A stretch of 24,000 nucleotides of DNA from Marine Group I thaumarchaeote. Its GTDB lineage: Archaea > Thermoproteota > Nitrososphaeria > Nitrososphaerales > Nitrosopumilaceae. Position numbers and translations under genes: made by a program. The notes below the pieces were generated by a model. The model saw nothing but the letters and a program-made list of their open reading frames with translations. It made no database searches and was not told the DNA's origin. Below, piece after piece: positions 15,358 through 23,650 of the stretch (positions within the stretch are counted from its first letter, which is position 1; every line of letters starts with the position of its first letter). The stretch covers positions 23,856-47,855 of the forward strand of contig JACATA010000005.1 of assembly GCA_013390375.1 (NCBI GenBank), in the 5' to 3' direction.

Positions 15358-16968
15358 TTATTTTGTGTAGGCAGGAGCAGTAACAGATCTACTTCTTGCC
15401 CATTTTTCAATAATATCTTCAGGCATTCTCCCATTAAACAAGTCCTTACACAAACCACGCAAATATCTCATTATTGCCCACGTTCCAACTTTAAGGATAC
15501 CATACATGAAAATTTTCATTGGAGGTCCATACGTCTTGTTTCTAAGAATAATTGGTATGATATCATTAATAACACGAAGGTTATTTTCCCAACATTTCCA
15601 AAACAATGTAAATTGTGCCTCATTCAGGTTGCCAAAGTGCATTGAATTTTTCTCACTAAAGTCTTGGTAGAGTAACGGAGCTACTAATCCCCTAAAATCA
15701 AATGCTCTAAAGTCACTCATCATGTCAATAGTATATTGTACATCATCTGGAGTTTCATCCGGCCAACCAATGATTATAGTAGCTGCTGGAAACCAATGGT
15801 TTTTGTTAAGTATTTTTGCACCTTCTCTTACTACCCAGCCCCATTCGTCTGTTGAAAATGGTTTTGCCTTTACTCCCAAGTGTTTTTTTATCAAGCTAGG
15901 GGAAACTGTTTCAATTCCTAGATTTGTTGACAACCATCTTCCACTTGTGCGCATGTCATTAATTTCAGAAATATCATGTATGAGCTTCGGGTCAGCAACA
16001 ACACCTGAAAATGTCATATGGGTAGTTCCAACAAAATTTGCACCGATGTCTTTTAGTCCTTGCCATAGTGTAGTAATGGCGTCATAGTTTGGATAGAAAT
16101 CACGATTGTCACAACCATATAGTAGCATCTCATCAGAGTGCAACCAAACTGAATCAAAGCCATAATCCAGGTTTATCTTCGCTTCACGCTGTAGTCTGTC
16201 AAGAGGAAGATCCTTTTTGGATCTTTTGTTAACATCACAAAAGTCACAACCTCTTCCACATCCTCTCATTGCCTCTATTAAGGAATTTACAGTGGGAGAA
16301 GTAATCTCTGGGATATTTTGTATGTTCCTTACAAAGCAATGCATTAGTTCTGGCGCATCTCCTTTTTCCAAGTCATTGAATAAATCCAAAGCAAGCTCAT
16401 CTGCTTCACCAACAACCACAGTATCAATTCCATGAATTCTCATTCTGTCTGACTTTGCAAGTTCCCAAGCACCATTTCCTCCAACAACAACTTTGAAATG
16501 ATACTTTTTCTTTAATTGGATAATATCGGCGCACATCTTTTTGAATTTCATCGCAACATAGGATAGTTTTTCGGGTGACATTGTGGTTGTAACCGGCGCC
16601 ATCCCAAGTGGATCCATCACATTGATTCCAACTATTTTTGTATCAGAGCCTATTGATTTTTCAATATAATCAGGATTTACAGTTATAATCTCATCTCTCT
16701 TGTAACCTTGTAACAGGGCACTTTCTACCCTTCTTAATCCAACTTGGGCAACTTTTGCCTCGCCAGTGATAGGATCAGTTTCAACTGGAGGACAAAAGAC
16801 TTTATCAAAAACCCATTCTGGAAGAACCTCATAAGGACCACATGCTATGAAACCATAAAGAAAATTACCCCTATAGTTAGTCATTAAACTACGATCTGCT
16901 GTAAGTACTATTCTTTTACCAGCCAATGTATGCTTGACCTTATCGATAGTATAAAATTTTTGCGACAA
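15358..16968 (-). CDS. Radical SAM enzyme with an N-terminal B12-binding-like (Rossmann) domain; substrate unknown
   Basis: 536 aa with a CxxxCxxC cluster motif (GCGRGCDFCDV). The upstream flavodoxin-like segment (KIVGINVMDP...KVVVGGNGAWE) is typical of class B radical SAM proteins. There are only 10 Cys in total and no obvious auxiliary-cluster motif. TTG start at 16968. Confidence 0.85.
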   Translation of the reverse strand: MSQKFYTIDKVKHTLAGKRIVLTADRSLMTNYRGNFLYGFIACGPYEVLPEWVFDKVFCPPVETDPITGEAKVAQVGLRRVESALLQGYKRDEIITVNPDYIEKSIGSDTKIVGINVMDPLGMAPVTTTMSPEKLSYVAMKFKKMCADIIQLKKKYHFKVVVGGNGAWELAKSDRMRIHGIDTVVVGEADELALDLFNDLEKGDAPELMHCFVRNIQNIPEITSPTVNSLIEAMRGCGRGCDFCDVNKRSKKDLPLDRLQREAKINLDYGFDSVWLHSDEMLLYGCDNRDFYPNYDAITTLWQGLKDIGANFVGTTHMTFSGVVADPKLIHDISEINDMRTSGRWLSTNLGIETVSPSLIKKHLGVKAKPFSTDEWGWVVREGAKILNKNHWFPAATIIIGWPDETPDDVQYTIDMMSDFRAFDFRGLVAPLLYQDFSEKNSMHFGNLNEAQFTLFWKCWENNLRVINDIIPIILRNKTYGPPMKIFMYGILKVGTWAIMRYLRGLCKDLFNGRMPEDIIEKWARSRSVTAPAYTK

Positions 16969-17020
16969 GACATCTAATATTTATCAAAAATTCAATTATC
17001 GATGGTGTCTTTAAAATAAA

Positions 17021-17743
17021 ATGAAGGATATTACTGAGCCTAGACATACTGAACCACATATCGGTGAATCCAGTGTAATTAGGGATTTTGTTTTTGGGTT
17101 TGGAGATGGAATAAACACTTCGCTTGGGATTGCAGCTGGCGTTGGTGGTGCGAACGTTTCCTCTGATATTATAATTTTGGCGGCATTAGTGGGAATGTTT
17201 ACTGGTGCAAAGGCTATGGCTGTACAAAATTATCTTGCTGTAAAATCTCACAGACAGTTGTTAGAATCGGAAATAGCCAGGGAGAAGTGGGAGATAGAAA
17301 ATAAAGCTGATGTTGAACGTCAAGAGATTGAGGATATTTACAAAGCAAAAGGGTTTTCAGGCAAAGATCTTGAGATGATTGTAAATAAAATCACTTCTGA
17401 TAAAAAAGTCTGGCTAGATACAATGCTTAATGAAGAACTAAGATTGAATGTAGATGTTGTTGGAAGTCCACTAAAAAGCGCATTGATAATGTTTGTTTCT
17501 TTTTTGGTTGGCGGTATGCTTCCTATAATTCCGTTCTTTTTTGGCAGTGGTTATAGTGCACTTCTAATGGCAGTAGGAATTAGCATAACGGCTTCATTTA
17601 TTGTCGGTGCCATAAAATCACGAATGGCCGAAACTGGTATAGTGAAGGGTGGTTTGGAAATGGCTGGTCTTGGAACTGGTGTTGCATTAATTGGATTTGG
17701 TATTGGCAGCGAACTTGCAAACTTGGGAATAATTAACGTGTAG
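17021..17743 (+). CDS. VIT1/CCC1-family metal (Fe/Mn) transporter
   Basis: 240 aa with FGFGDGINTSLGIAAGVGGA (the VIT signature), a Glu-rich cytoplasmic helix bundle (EIAREKWEIENKADVERQEIEDIY) and C-terminal TM helices. Its 3' end overlaps the larB 3' end by 11 nt. Confidence 0.82.
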   Translation: MKDITEPRHTEPHIGESSVIRDFVFGFGDGINTSLGIAAGVGGANVSSDIIILAALVGMFTGAKAMAVQNYLAVKSHRQLLESEIAREKWEIENKADVERQEIEDIYKAKGFSGKDLEMIVNKITSDKKVWLDTMLNEELRLNVDVVGSPLKSALIMFVSFLVGGMLPIIPFFFGSGYSALLMAVGISITASFIVGAIKSRMAETGIVKGGLEMAGLGTGVALIGFGIGSELANLGIINV

Positions 17744-18512
17744 ATTTAGTTTTTATTCTGTTTGCTATATTTGCAGCTGCAGCACCTGCCCCAACACCAT
17801 TGTCTATATTGACTACAGTAAGACCGAGGGAACAGCTTTGTAACATAGACGCAAGCGCAGCAACTCCCTTCTCACCATATCCATATCCAATTGAAGTTGG
17901 TACTCCTATTACAGGAACATCAGCTATAGATGATACGATGGAGGCTAGTGCGCCTTCCATGCCAGCAACCACAATTATAGCACTAACTTCTGATTCAACG
18001 AATTGTTTAAGAACAGGGAAAATTCTATGCAGCCCTGCGATTCCAACATCATAGCTGCAAAGACAATCACAGTTCATAGATTCGCACACAAGTCTAGCCT
18101 CTTCTCCCACACCAATATCTGATGTTCCAGCAGCAATTATTCCAACTTTACCGCCAGTTTTTTTGATATTTTTTTTGTAAATCAGAAGTGCAGTGGTGTT
18201 TTTTCCTTTTTTGATTTTGTACTTGTTCTTTTTAGAAAATTCTAAAATTTTGGAATAGTCTTTTTTTTTGATCCTAGAAACAAGTACCTCGTTGTTTTTT
18301 GATAAAGTTTTTTTAATTATTTTTTTTAAATCTAAAAGCTGTTTTCTTTCACCCAAAATAATCTCAGGTATTCCTTTTCTATTTTTTCTTCCAGTATCAA
18401 TCTGAGCAATACTGCCTATTTTTTCGATTGAGTATAACGATAATAATTTTTTAGCCTTTGATGGTGAAATCTTTCCTTTTTGTAATGATTGAAAAATTTG
18501 TTCTATGTTCAA
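17733..18512 (-). CDS. larB: LarB, pyridinium-3,5-biscarboxylic acid mononucleotide synthase (PurE-like NaAD carboxylase/hydrolase)
   Basis: 259 aa with DTGRKNRKGIPEIILGERK, followed by the PurE-like fold (GIIAAGTSDIGV, VVAGMEGALASIV, PVIGVPTSIGYG). TTG start at 18512, 35 nt downstream of the mdh stop. Confidence 0.85.
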   Translation of the reverse strand: MNIEQIFQSLQKGKISPSKAKKLLSLYSIEKIGSIAQIDTGRKNRKGIPEIILGERKQLLDLKKIIKKTLSKNNEVLVSRIKKKDYSKILEFSKKNKYKIKKGKNTTALLIYKKNIKKTGGKVGIIAAGTSDIGVGEEARLVCESMNCDCLCSYDVGIAGLHRIFPVLKQFVESEVSAIIVVAGMEGALASIVSSIADVPVIGVPTSIGYGYGEKGVAALASMLQSCSLGLTVVNIDNGVGAGAAAANIANRIKTKSTR

Positions 18513-18547
18513 TTATTTACATTAAATTTGATTAGTTTAAAAAATGA

Positions 18548-19462
18548 TCAGATGTCAATACCTGCTAGCGCATTTTTTACACTGTTTACTCCTTTATCGA
18601 ACCACTCCTTTTCCTCTTGGTTTAAATCAAGTTCATTAATTTTTTCTACACCATTTTTTCCTATTACAGCGGGAACACCTATTGAAACGTCAGAATGACC
18701 GTATTCACCGTCTAAATATGTTGAAATTGGCATAACTTGTTTTTTATCTTTTACAACACTTTCAATGATAGAGGAGATTGCGTTTCCTGGCGCATGGACT
18801 GTAGCTCCCTTTAGCTTTATCACTTCAGCTGCAACATTTTTTGTCAGAGTAAAAATTTCATCTAATTTTTCTTGAGAAAGAATTGTTGGTAAAGGTTTTC
18901 CAGACACTTGCGCGAGTCTAGTCAATGGCAGCATATTTTCTCCATGTTCACCTATTACTATCGCATCAATTTCTTTTCTTGGAGAATTAGTTGCTTCATG
19001 AATGAATTGTTTGAATCTTGACAAGTCTAACATTCCGCCCATTCCAAAAACTCTATTTTTTTCAAAACCTGAAGTTTTGTATGTTATGTATGCCGTAGGG
19101 TCTAACGGATTAGTTACTGGAATTATTAACGAGTTGTCAGCATATTTTTTTACATTTCCTACAACATCTTTTACAACTCCCGCATTAATCTTCAACAAAT
19201 CCATTCTAGTCATTCCTGGTTTTCTTCCAGCACCGGCTACTATTACAACAATATCTGAACCCTTCATATCTTCATAATTGTTAGAACCATTGATTTCAAC
19301 ACCTATTCCTTGTTCAGATAACAAGTGATTGAGATCCATCGCTTCTCCCTGTGGAAGTCCCTTTACAATGTCCAGGAGAAGAATTTGATCGTCTAATTGC
19401 TTTATTGCAGAATGTAGCGCAGCAGCTCCACCAACTTTTCCTGCACCGATTATGGTTATCAT
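18548..19462 (-). CDS. mdh: Malate dehydrogenase (LDH-like MDH family)
   Basis: IIGAGKVGG dinucleotide fold, GEHGE catalytic His and [14 protein letters not shown]. Arg sits at the position that is Gln in lactate dehydrogenases, which indicates malate/oxaloacetate specificity. The start is trimmed to ATG 19462 (MITIIGAG); the track uses GTG 19471. Confidence 0.9.
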   Translation of the reverse strand: MITIIGAGKVGGAAALHSAIKQLDDQILLLDIVKGLPQGEAMDLNHLLSEQGIGVEINGSNNYEDMKGSDIVVIVAGAGRKPGMTRMDLLKINAGVVKDVVGNVKKYADNSLIIPVTNPLDPTAYITYKTSGFEKNRVFGMGGMLDLSRFKQFIHEATNSPRKEIDAIVIGEHGENMLPLTRLAQVSGKPLPTILSQEKLDEIFTLTKNVAAEVIKLKGATVHAPGNAISSIIESVVKDKKQVMPISTYLDGEYGHSDVSIGVPAVIGKNGVEKINELDLNQEEKEWFDKGVNSVKNALAGIDI

Positions 19463-19482
19463 ATTCTGCACTTGGATTTTTG

Positions 19483-19528
19483 ATAATTAAATCTATGTAG
19501 GCGAGTAAATACTAAACAGAATTTATAT
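19483..19528. promoter_or_regulatory. Divergent promoter region with two opposed TATA-like boxes (mdh-larB versus larC-larE-desulfurase)
   Basis: ATAATTAAA at 19483-19491 (read on the minus strand) is centred about 25 nt from mdh ATG 19462. TTTATAT at 19522-19528 is centred about 26 nt from larC ATG 19551. Both fit leaderless transcripts. Confidence 0.35.
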
Positions 19529-19550
19529 GCATTTTAAAGAATTTAGTTTT

Positions 19551-20771
19551 ATGGTACTTGTTATTGATTCACAGGTTGCTGGTGTTTCTGGTGATATGTT
19601 ACTTTGTGGTCTTGTAAATATAGGTGCAAACAGATCAAAAATCATCGATGGAATTCGCAGTGCTGAGTCGTTATGTAAAGGAGTTAAAATAAAAAAGATA
19701 GATTTTCTTGACGTGAAAAAAAATTCGTTGCAAGCGACTGAATTACTGTTAGAAATAGATGATGATACTCATGAAAGGAAAGGCATAGAGATAAAGGAAA
19801 TAATTGAAAAATCTGCAGAAAAATTAAAAATTTCTGAGAGCGCAAAAACGTTTGCAGTCAAAACTATTGAAACCCTCATACATGCAGAATCAAAAATTCA
19901 CGGTGAACCGGAAGACTCGGTGTACTTTCATGAGGCAGCAAGTTTTGATACGGTTGTAGATATCTTAGGAACTGCTATTGCCTTAGATGACTTGGACTGT
20001 TTTGATGATGATATTATTGTAACACCAGTAGCAATAGGAGGTGGAACAGTGACTTTTTCTCATGGCATTAGCTCAAATCCAACCTATGCAGTTTTAGAAA
20101 TATTTAGAGAATCAGGAATTATTACAGCTGGTGGAAATGTAAAGGATGAGCTTACAACCCCAACAGGAGCTAGCATCTTAGTTAATCTGGCTAAGGAATG
20201 CTCTGAATTTTATCCATCTATGAAAATACAGTCAGTTGGTTATGGTGCAGGCCAAAAAGATTTTGAAGGATTTTCAAACGTATTGAAGATAGTTAGGGGA
20301 GTATTATCAACTCAGCTTCAACTTGATACAGTAAAAATACTTGAAACTAATGTTGATGATGTCTCTGGCGAAGTTCTTGGAAACATGATTGAAAAAATAA
20401 TGGCACATGGTGCAAAGGACGTCACAATATCTTCGGCAATCACAAAAAAAGGTCGTCCCACAAATTTAGTATCTGTTATCTGTGATTCTGATACCATGAA
20501 TTCTATTATGGACTTGTTGGTTACGGAAACTGGAACACTTGGTGTAAGAGTAAGAACATCTCAACGATATATTGTTCCTAGATCTGTTAAGACAGTTTCC
20601 GTGAATATTCAGGGACAAAGTTTTGATGTTAGATATAAAACTAGAGAGCTAAATAATGGATCTCACTTCAAAATTGAATCTGATGACATCAAAGAAATTT
20701 CCGGCGTTCTTAGTATTTCGTTTAAAGAGACAGAAGAATTACTAAACCAAGAAATTAGGAAAAAACTATGA
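19551..20771 (+). CDS. larC: LarC, nickel-inserting cyclometallase for the nickel-pincer nucleotide cofactor (DUF111 family)
   Basis: The N-terminus MVLVIDSQVAGVSGDMLLCGLVNIGA matches the LarC pattern D.f.G.SGDM..gAL...G. The LarC1 and LarC2 regions are in a single continuous ORF. The start is trimmed from 19527 because that ATG lies inside the TATA-like box. Confidence 0.87.
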   Translation: MVLVIDSQVAGVSGDMLLCGLVNIGANRSKIIDGIRSAESLCKGVKIKKIDFLDVKKNSLQATELLLEIDDDTHERKGIEIKEIIEKSAEKLKISESAKTFAVKTIETLIHAESKIHGEPEDSVYFHEAASFDTVVDILGTAIALDDLDCFDDDIIVTPVAIGGGTVTFSHGISSNPTYAVLEIFRESGIITAGGNVKDELTTPTGASILVNLAKECSEFYPSMKIQSVGYGAGQKDFEGFSNVLKIVRGVLSTQLQLDTVKILETNVDDVSGEVLGNMIEKIMAHGAKDVTISSAITKKGRPTNLVSVICDSDTMNSIMDLLVTETGTLGVRVRTSQRYIVPRSVKTVSVNIQGQSFDVRYKTRELNNGSHFKIESDDIKEISGVLSISFKETEELLNQEIRKKL

Positions 20772-21574
20772 AAACACAACAACTTACTAAACTACTAAAT
20801 TGGTTTGATGGCAAAAATAGTGTACTTGTAGCACTTTCAGGCGGCGTTGATAGTGCTTTAGTTGCTTATTCTGCTTATGCGAAATTAGGCAAATCAGCAA
20901 TAGCAGTAACTGCTGATTATAAGACACTTGCCCAAGAAGAATTAGAATATGCAAAAAAAATATCTTTAGAGATTGGAATCAAGCATATAGTAATAGAATA
21001 CAATGAGCTTGCTAACGAAAGTTTTGTTAAAAATGATAATAATCGTTGTTTTTATTGCAGAAGCGAACTTTCGGAGCATCTCTTGCAAGTGGCAAAAGAA
21101 TTTGAAACTGATATGATTGTAGATGGTACCAACATTGATGACTTGGGAGATTACCGTCCAGGAGTATTAGCACTGCATGAAAATGGAATCAGAAGCCCAT
21201 TAGCAGAAACTAAATTCTCAAAGAAAATGGTAAGAGAAACAGCTAAAAGCGTTGGTCTGTCGGTTTATGACAAGCCCTCCAACTCATGTCTAGCGTCACG
21301 TATTCCTTGGGGACAAAGCGTTACTGCTGAAAGACTAGCCAGAATTGAAATTGGTGAAAAAATTGTCAAGCAACTCACGGGAGCTAAACAGGTACGTGTT
21401 AGGGATATGGATGGTACAGCAAAAATTGAGGTTGGTATAGATGAACTACATTTGCTTGAAAACAATTTGGTATTACAAAAAATCAAAAGCCAATTAAAAC
21501 TGATAAGTTTTGAAGATGTTTCTATAGATCCAGAAGGTTACAGACCTGGAAAAATTAACGTGATAACTAATTGA
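20768..21574 (+). CDS. larE: LarE, ATP-dependent sulfur transferase (PP-loop ATP pyrophosphatase), three-Cys type
   Basis: 268 aa with the PP-loop VALSGGVDSALVA, a CxxC at C94/C97 (NRCFYCRSE) and the conserved SCLASR Cys174. Its ATG overlaps the larC stop (ATGA). Confidence 0.87.
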   Translation: MKTQQLTKLLNWFDGKNSVLVALSGGVDSALVAYSAYAKLGKSAIAVTADYKTLAQEELEYAKKISLEIGIKHIVIEYNELANESFVKNDNNRCFYCRSELSEHLLQVAKEFETDMIVDGTNIDDLGDYRPGVLALHENGIRSPLAETKFSKKMVRETAKSVGLSVYDKPSNSCLASRIPWGQSVTAERLARIEIGEKIVKQLTGAKQVRVRDMDGTAKIEVGIDELHLLENNLVLQKIKSQLKLISFEDVSIDPEGYRPGKINVITN

Positions 21575-22740
21575 TTTATCTTGATAATGCTGCTTCAACA
21601 GCAGTACATCCAGAAGTGGTTAAAGAAATGTTACCATATTTTGATGTACAGTACGGCAATCCATCATCAATTCATCAATTTGGCAGAAAGGCAAAGAACG
21701 CAATACAAAAAGCACGAAAACAAGTTGCCGCACTTATTGATGCTGAACCAGACGAAATTCTGTTTACCTCAGGTGGAACCGAATCAAATAATACCATTTT
21801 GTATGGTATTACAAAACTCCAAGGATTACACCCTGATCAGAATCATATCATAACATCATCAATAGAGCATGAGGCAATTTTACAACCATGTAAGAAATTT
21901 GAAAATATAGGGATCAAGATCACATATCTTCCGGTTGATGAACATGGGATTGTAAATCCCGATGATATTACCAATTCAATAAACCCACATACAGTTCTTG
22001 TTAGTATCATGTTTGCAAACAACGAGGTCGGTACAATACAACCCATTAAAGAAATATCAGAAATTTGTAAAAAATATCAAATACCATTCCATACGGATGC
22101 CGTACAAGCAGTGGGTAAGGTTCCAATCAATGTAAAAGAATTAGGTGTTGATGCGTTATCAATTTCTTCACATAAAATTAATGGTCCTAAGGGTATTGGG
22201 GCATTATTTATAAAAAAAGGTGTGATAATAACTCCTCAAATTTTAGGTGGCGGTCAGGAGAATGGAATGCGTTCCGGTACTGAAAATGTTGCTAGCATTG
22301 TAGGATTTGGTAAGGCATGTGAGATTGCAAAAGAAAGATTAAATGAAAACATTTCTCACTTTCAAACCCTTCACTCCTCAATGCTCTCAAAAATAGTCAA
22401 AGAAATATCTCATGTAAAACTAAACGGTCATCCTGGAAAAAGAATTTTCAATAATATTCATCTTACATTTCTTGGAGTACAAGGTGAAGACTTGATCATA
22501 AAGTTGGATGAACATGGTATTGCCGCGTCCACTGGTTCCGCGTGTTCGGTTCACACTCAAAAGGCATCACATGTATTGAAAGCAATGGGTTTTAATCATG
22601 AACAGATAACCGGTTCGTTACGCATGTCATTTGGATATATGAATACATTAAATGAAGTAGAACAAACAGTAGAAGTTTTAAAAAAAGTTGTATCTGAATT
22701 ACGGAACATCTCTCCTTATAAAACAAAATATAATTTTTGA
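21571..22740 (+). CDS. Cysteine desulfurase (NifS/IscS-type, PLP-dependent class V aminotransferase)
   Basis: 389 aa with N-terminal IYLDNAAST, the PLP lysine in SSHKINGPKG, SGTENV and the active-site loop STGSACS. Its TTG start overlaps the larE stop (TTGA). Confidence 0.9.
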   Translation: MIYLDNAASTAVHPEVVKEMLPYFDVQYGNPSSIHQFGRKAKNAIQKARKQVAALIDAEPDEILFTSGGTESNNTILYGITKLQGLHPDQNHIITSSIEHEAILQPCKKFENIGIKITYLPVDEHGIVNPDDITNSINPHTVLVSIMFANNEVGTIQPIKEISEICKKYQIPFHTDAVQAVGKVPINVKELGVDALSISSHKINGPKGIGALFIKKGVIITPQILGGGQENGMRSGTENVASIVGFGKACEIAKERLNENISHFQTLHSSMLSKIVKEISHVKLNGHPGKRIFNNIHLTFLGVQGEDLIIKLDEHGIAASTGSACSVHTQKASHVLKAMGFNHEQITGSLRMSFGYMNTLNEVEQTVEVLKKVVSELRNISPYKTKYNF

Positions 22741-22742
22741 AT

Positions 22743-23576
22743 CTAATTATATAGAACAGAAAATCTGCTTTTAGATATTATAATTGCTGATGATACTGCC
22801 ACAACCAAAATTATAATTACTATACTTCCAAATTCAGGAATTACATATGTACCTATTACTTCAATCCACTTGTCACCTTCTTCTAATGGGATGCGTATAG
22901 TTCTATAATCAGAGCTAGTAGCAATTTCTTCATATTCAACCTGCACAAAATCTTCCGGCTCATTATTTTCTTTACTAATCAAAATTATGAAAGTATTATC
23001 TTCACCATTACTTTTTTGAGCGTCAAAACTTTCTCTGGGTAATTTTAGAATTAGATTGCCATTGGAAACCATTGTTGTTTCTACGAGAACTGAGTAGCGC
23101 TCTTGGTTCATGGTTATATTGTGAACATCACCTCCCCTTATTGTATATCCTACAGGAAAAGTTCCTGAATAAGGAATATCAACAGGAAAAGCTGCAGCAC
23201 TTGAATCAACCACCTGACTAAAAAATTCAAATGATATTTCTGCTATTTGAGTTGGGGTATATTGTGCCCTAACCGTGTAAGTGCCCTCATCTTTCCATTT
23301 CGTTCCCGTAGCATAGAAACTTGCAACAAACGTTCCATCTGTTGCAACTTCAGGCTGGGCAATACTAACCAGATTTGATCCAAAATAGATTTGTATAGTT
23401 ATAGGCATATCTTCAAAAATTGTGTTAACACTGCCAAAAACCACTACATGATCTCCATCATAGTATAGATTCTTAGCAGTTGATAGTGATATGGTATCTA
23501 CCGCCTCTGCAGCGTGAAAGACCATAATAGCAAGCGTGAAAGTAATTATGATACAAAAAATTCTACTATTATACAT
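22743..23576 (-). CDS. Exported protein with a PEFG-CTERM sorting signal
   Basis: N-terminal signal/TM (IFCIIITFTLAIMVFHAAEA). The C-terminus YVIPEFGSIVIIILVVAVSSAIIISKSRF is a PEFG motif, a TM helix and a basic tail. Its N-terminal domain is paralogous to that of the 14047 protein. Confidence 0.78.
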   Translation of the reverse strand: MYNSRIFCIIITFTLAIMVFHAAEAVDTISLSTAKNLYYDGDHVVVFGSVNTIFEDMPITIQIYFGSNLVSIAQPEVATDGTFVASFYATGTKWKDEGTYTVRAQYTPTQIAEISFEFFSQVVDSSAAAFPVDIPYSGTFPVGYTIRGGDVHNITMNQERYSVLVETTMVSNGNLILKLPRESFDAQKSNGEDNTFIILISKENNEPEDFVQVEYEEIATSSDYRTIRIPLEEGDKWIEVIGTYVIPEFGSIVIIILVVAVSSAIIISKSRFSVLYN

Positions 23577-23650
23577 GATTAATTTAAATTCGAATTCTAT
23601 ATTTCCTTTACTGATTTCATTATTTCATTACGAAAATAAAAAGATGAATT

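Noticed and set aside
18548-19471. Possibility that the dehydrogenase in the Lar locus is a lactate dehydrogenase, which would fit the classical lactate-racemase context
   Set aside because: The substrate-specificity position in [14 protein letters not shown] is Arg, which is MDH-type. LDHs have Gln there. The gene is therefore called malate dehydrogenase.
19527-19550. Upstream ATG for larC (MHFKEFSF...)
   Set aside because: That ATG lies within the TTTATATG TATA-like box. The LarC family N-terminus aligns from MVLVIDS (ATG 19551).
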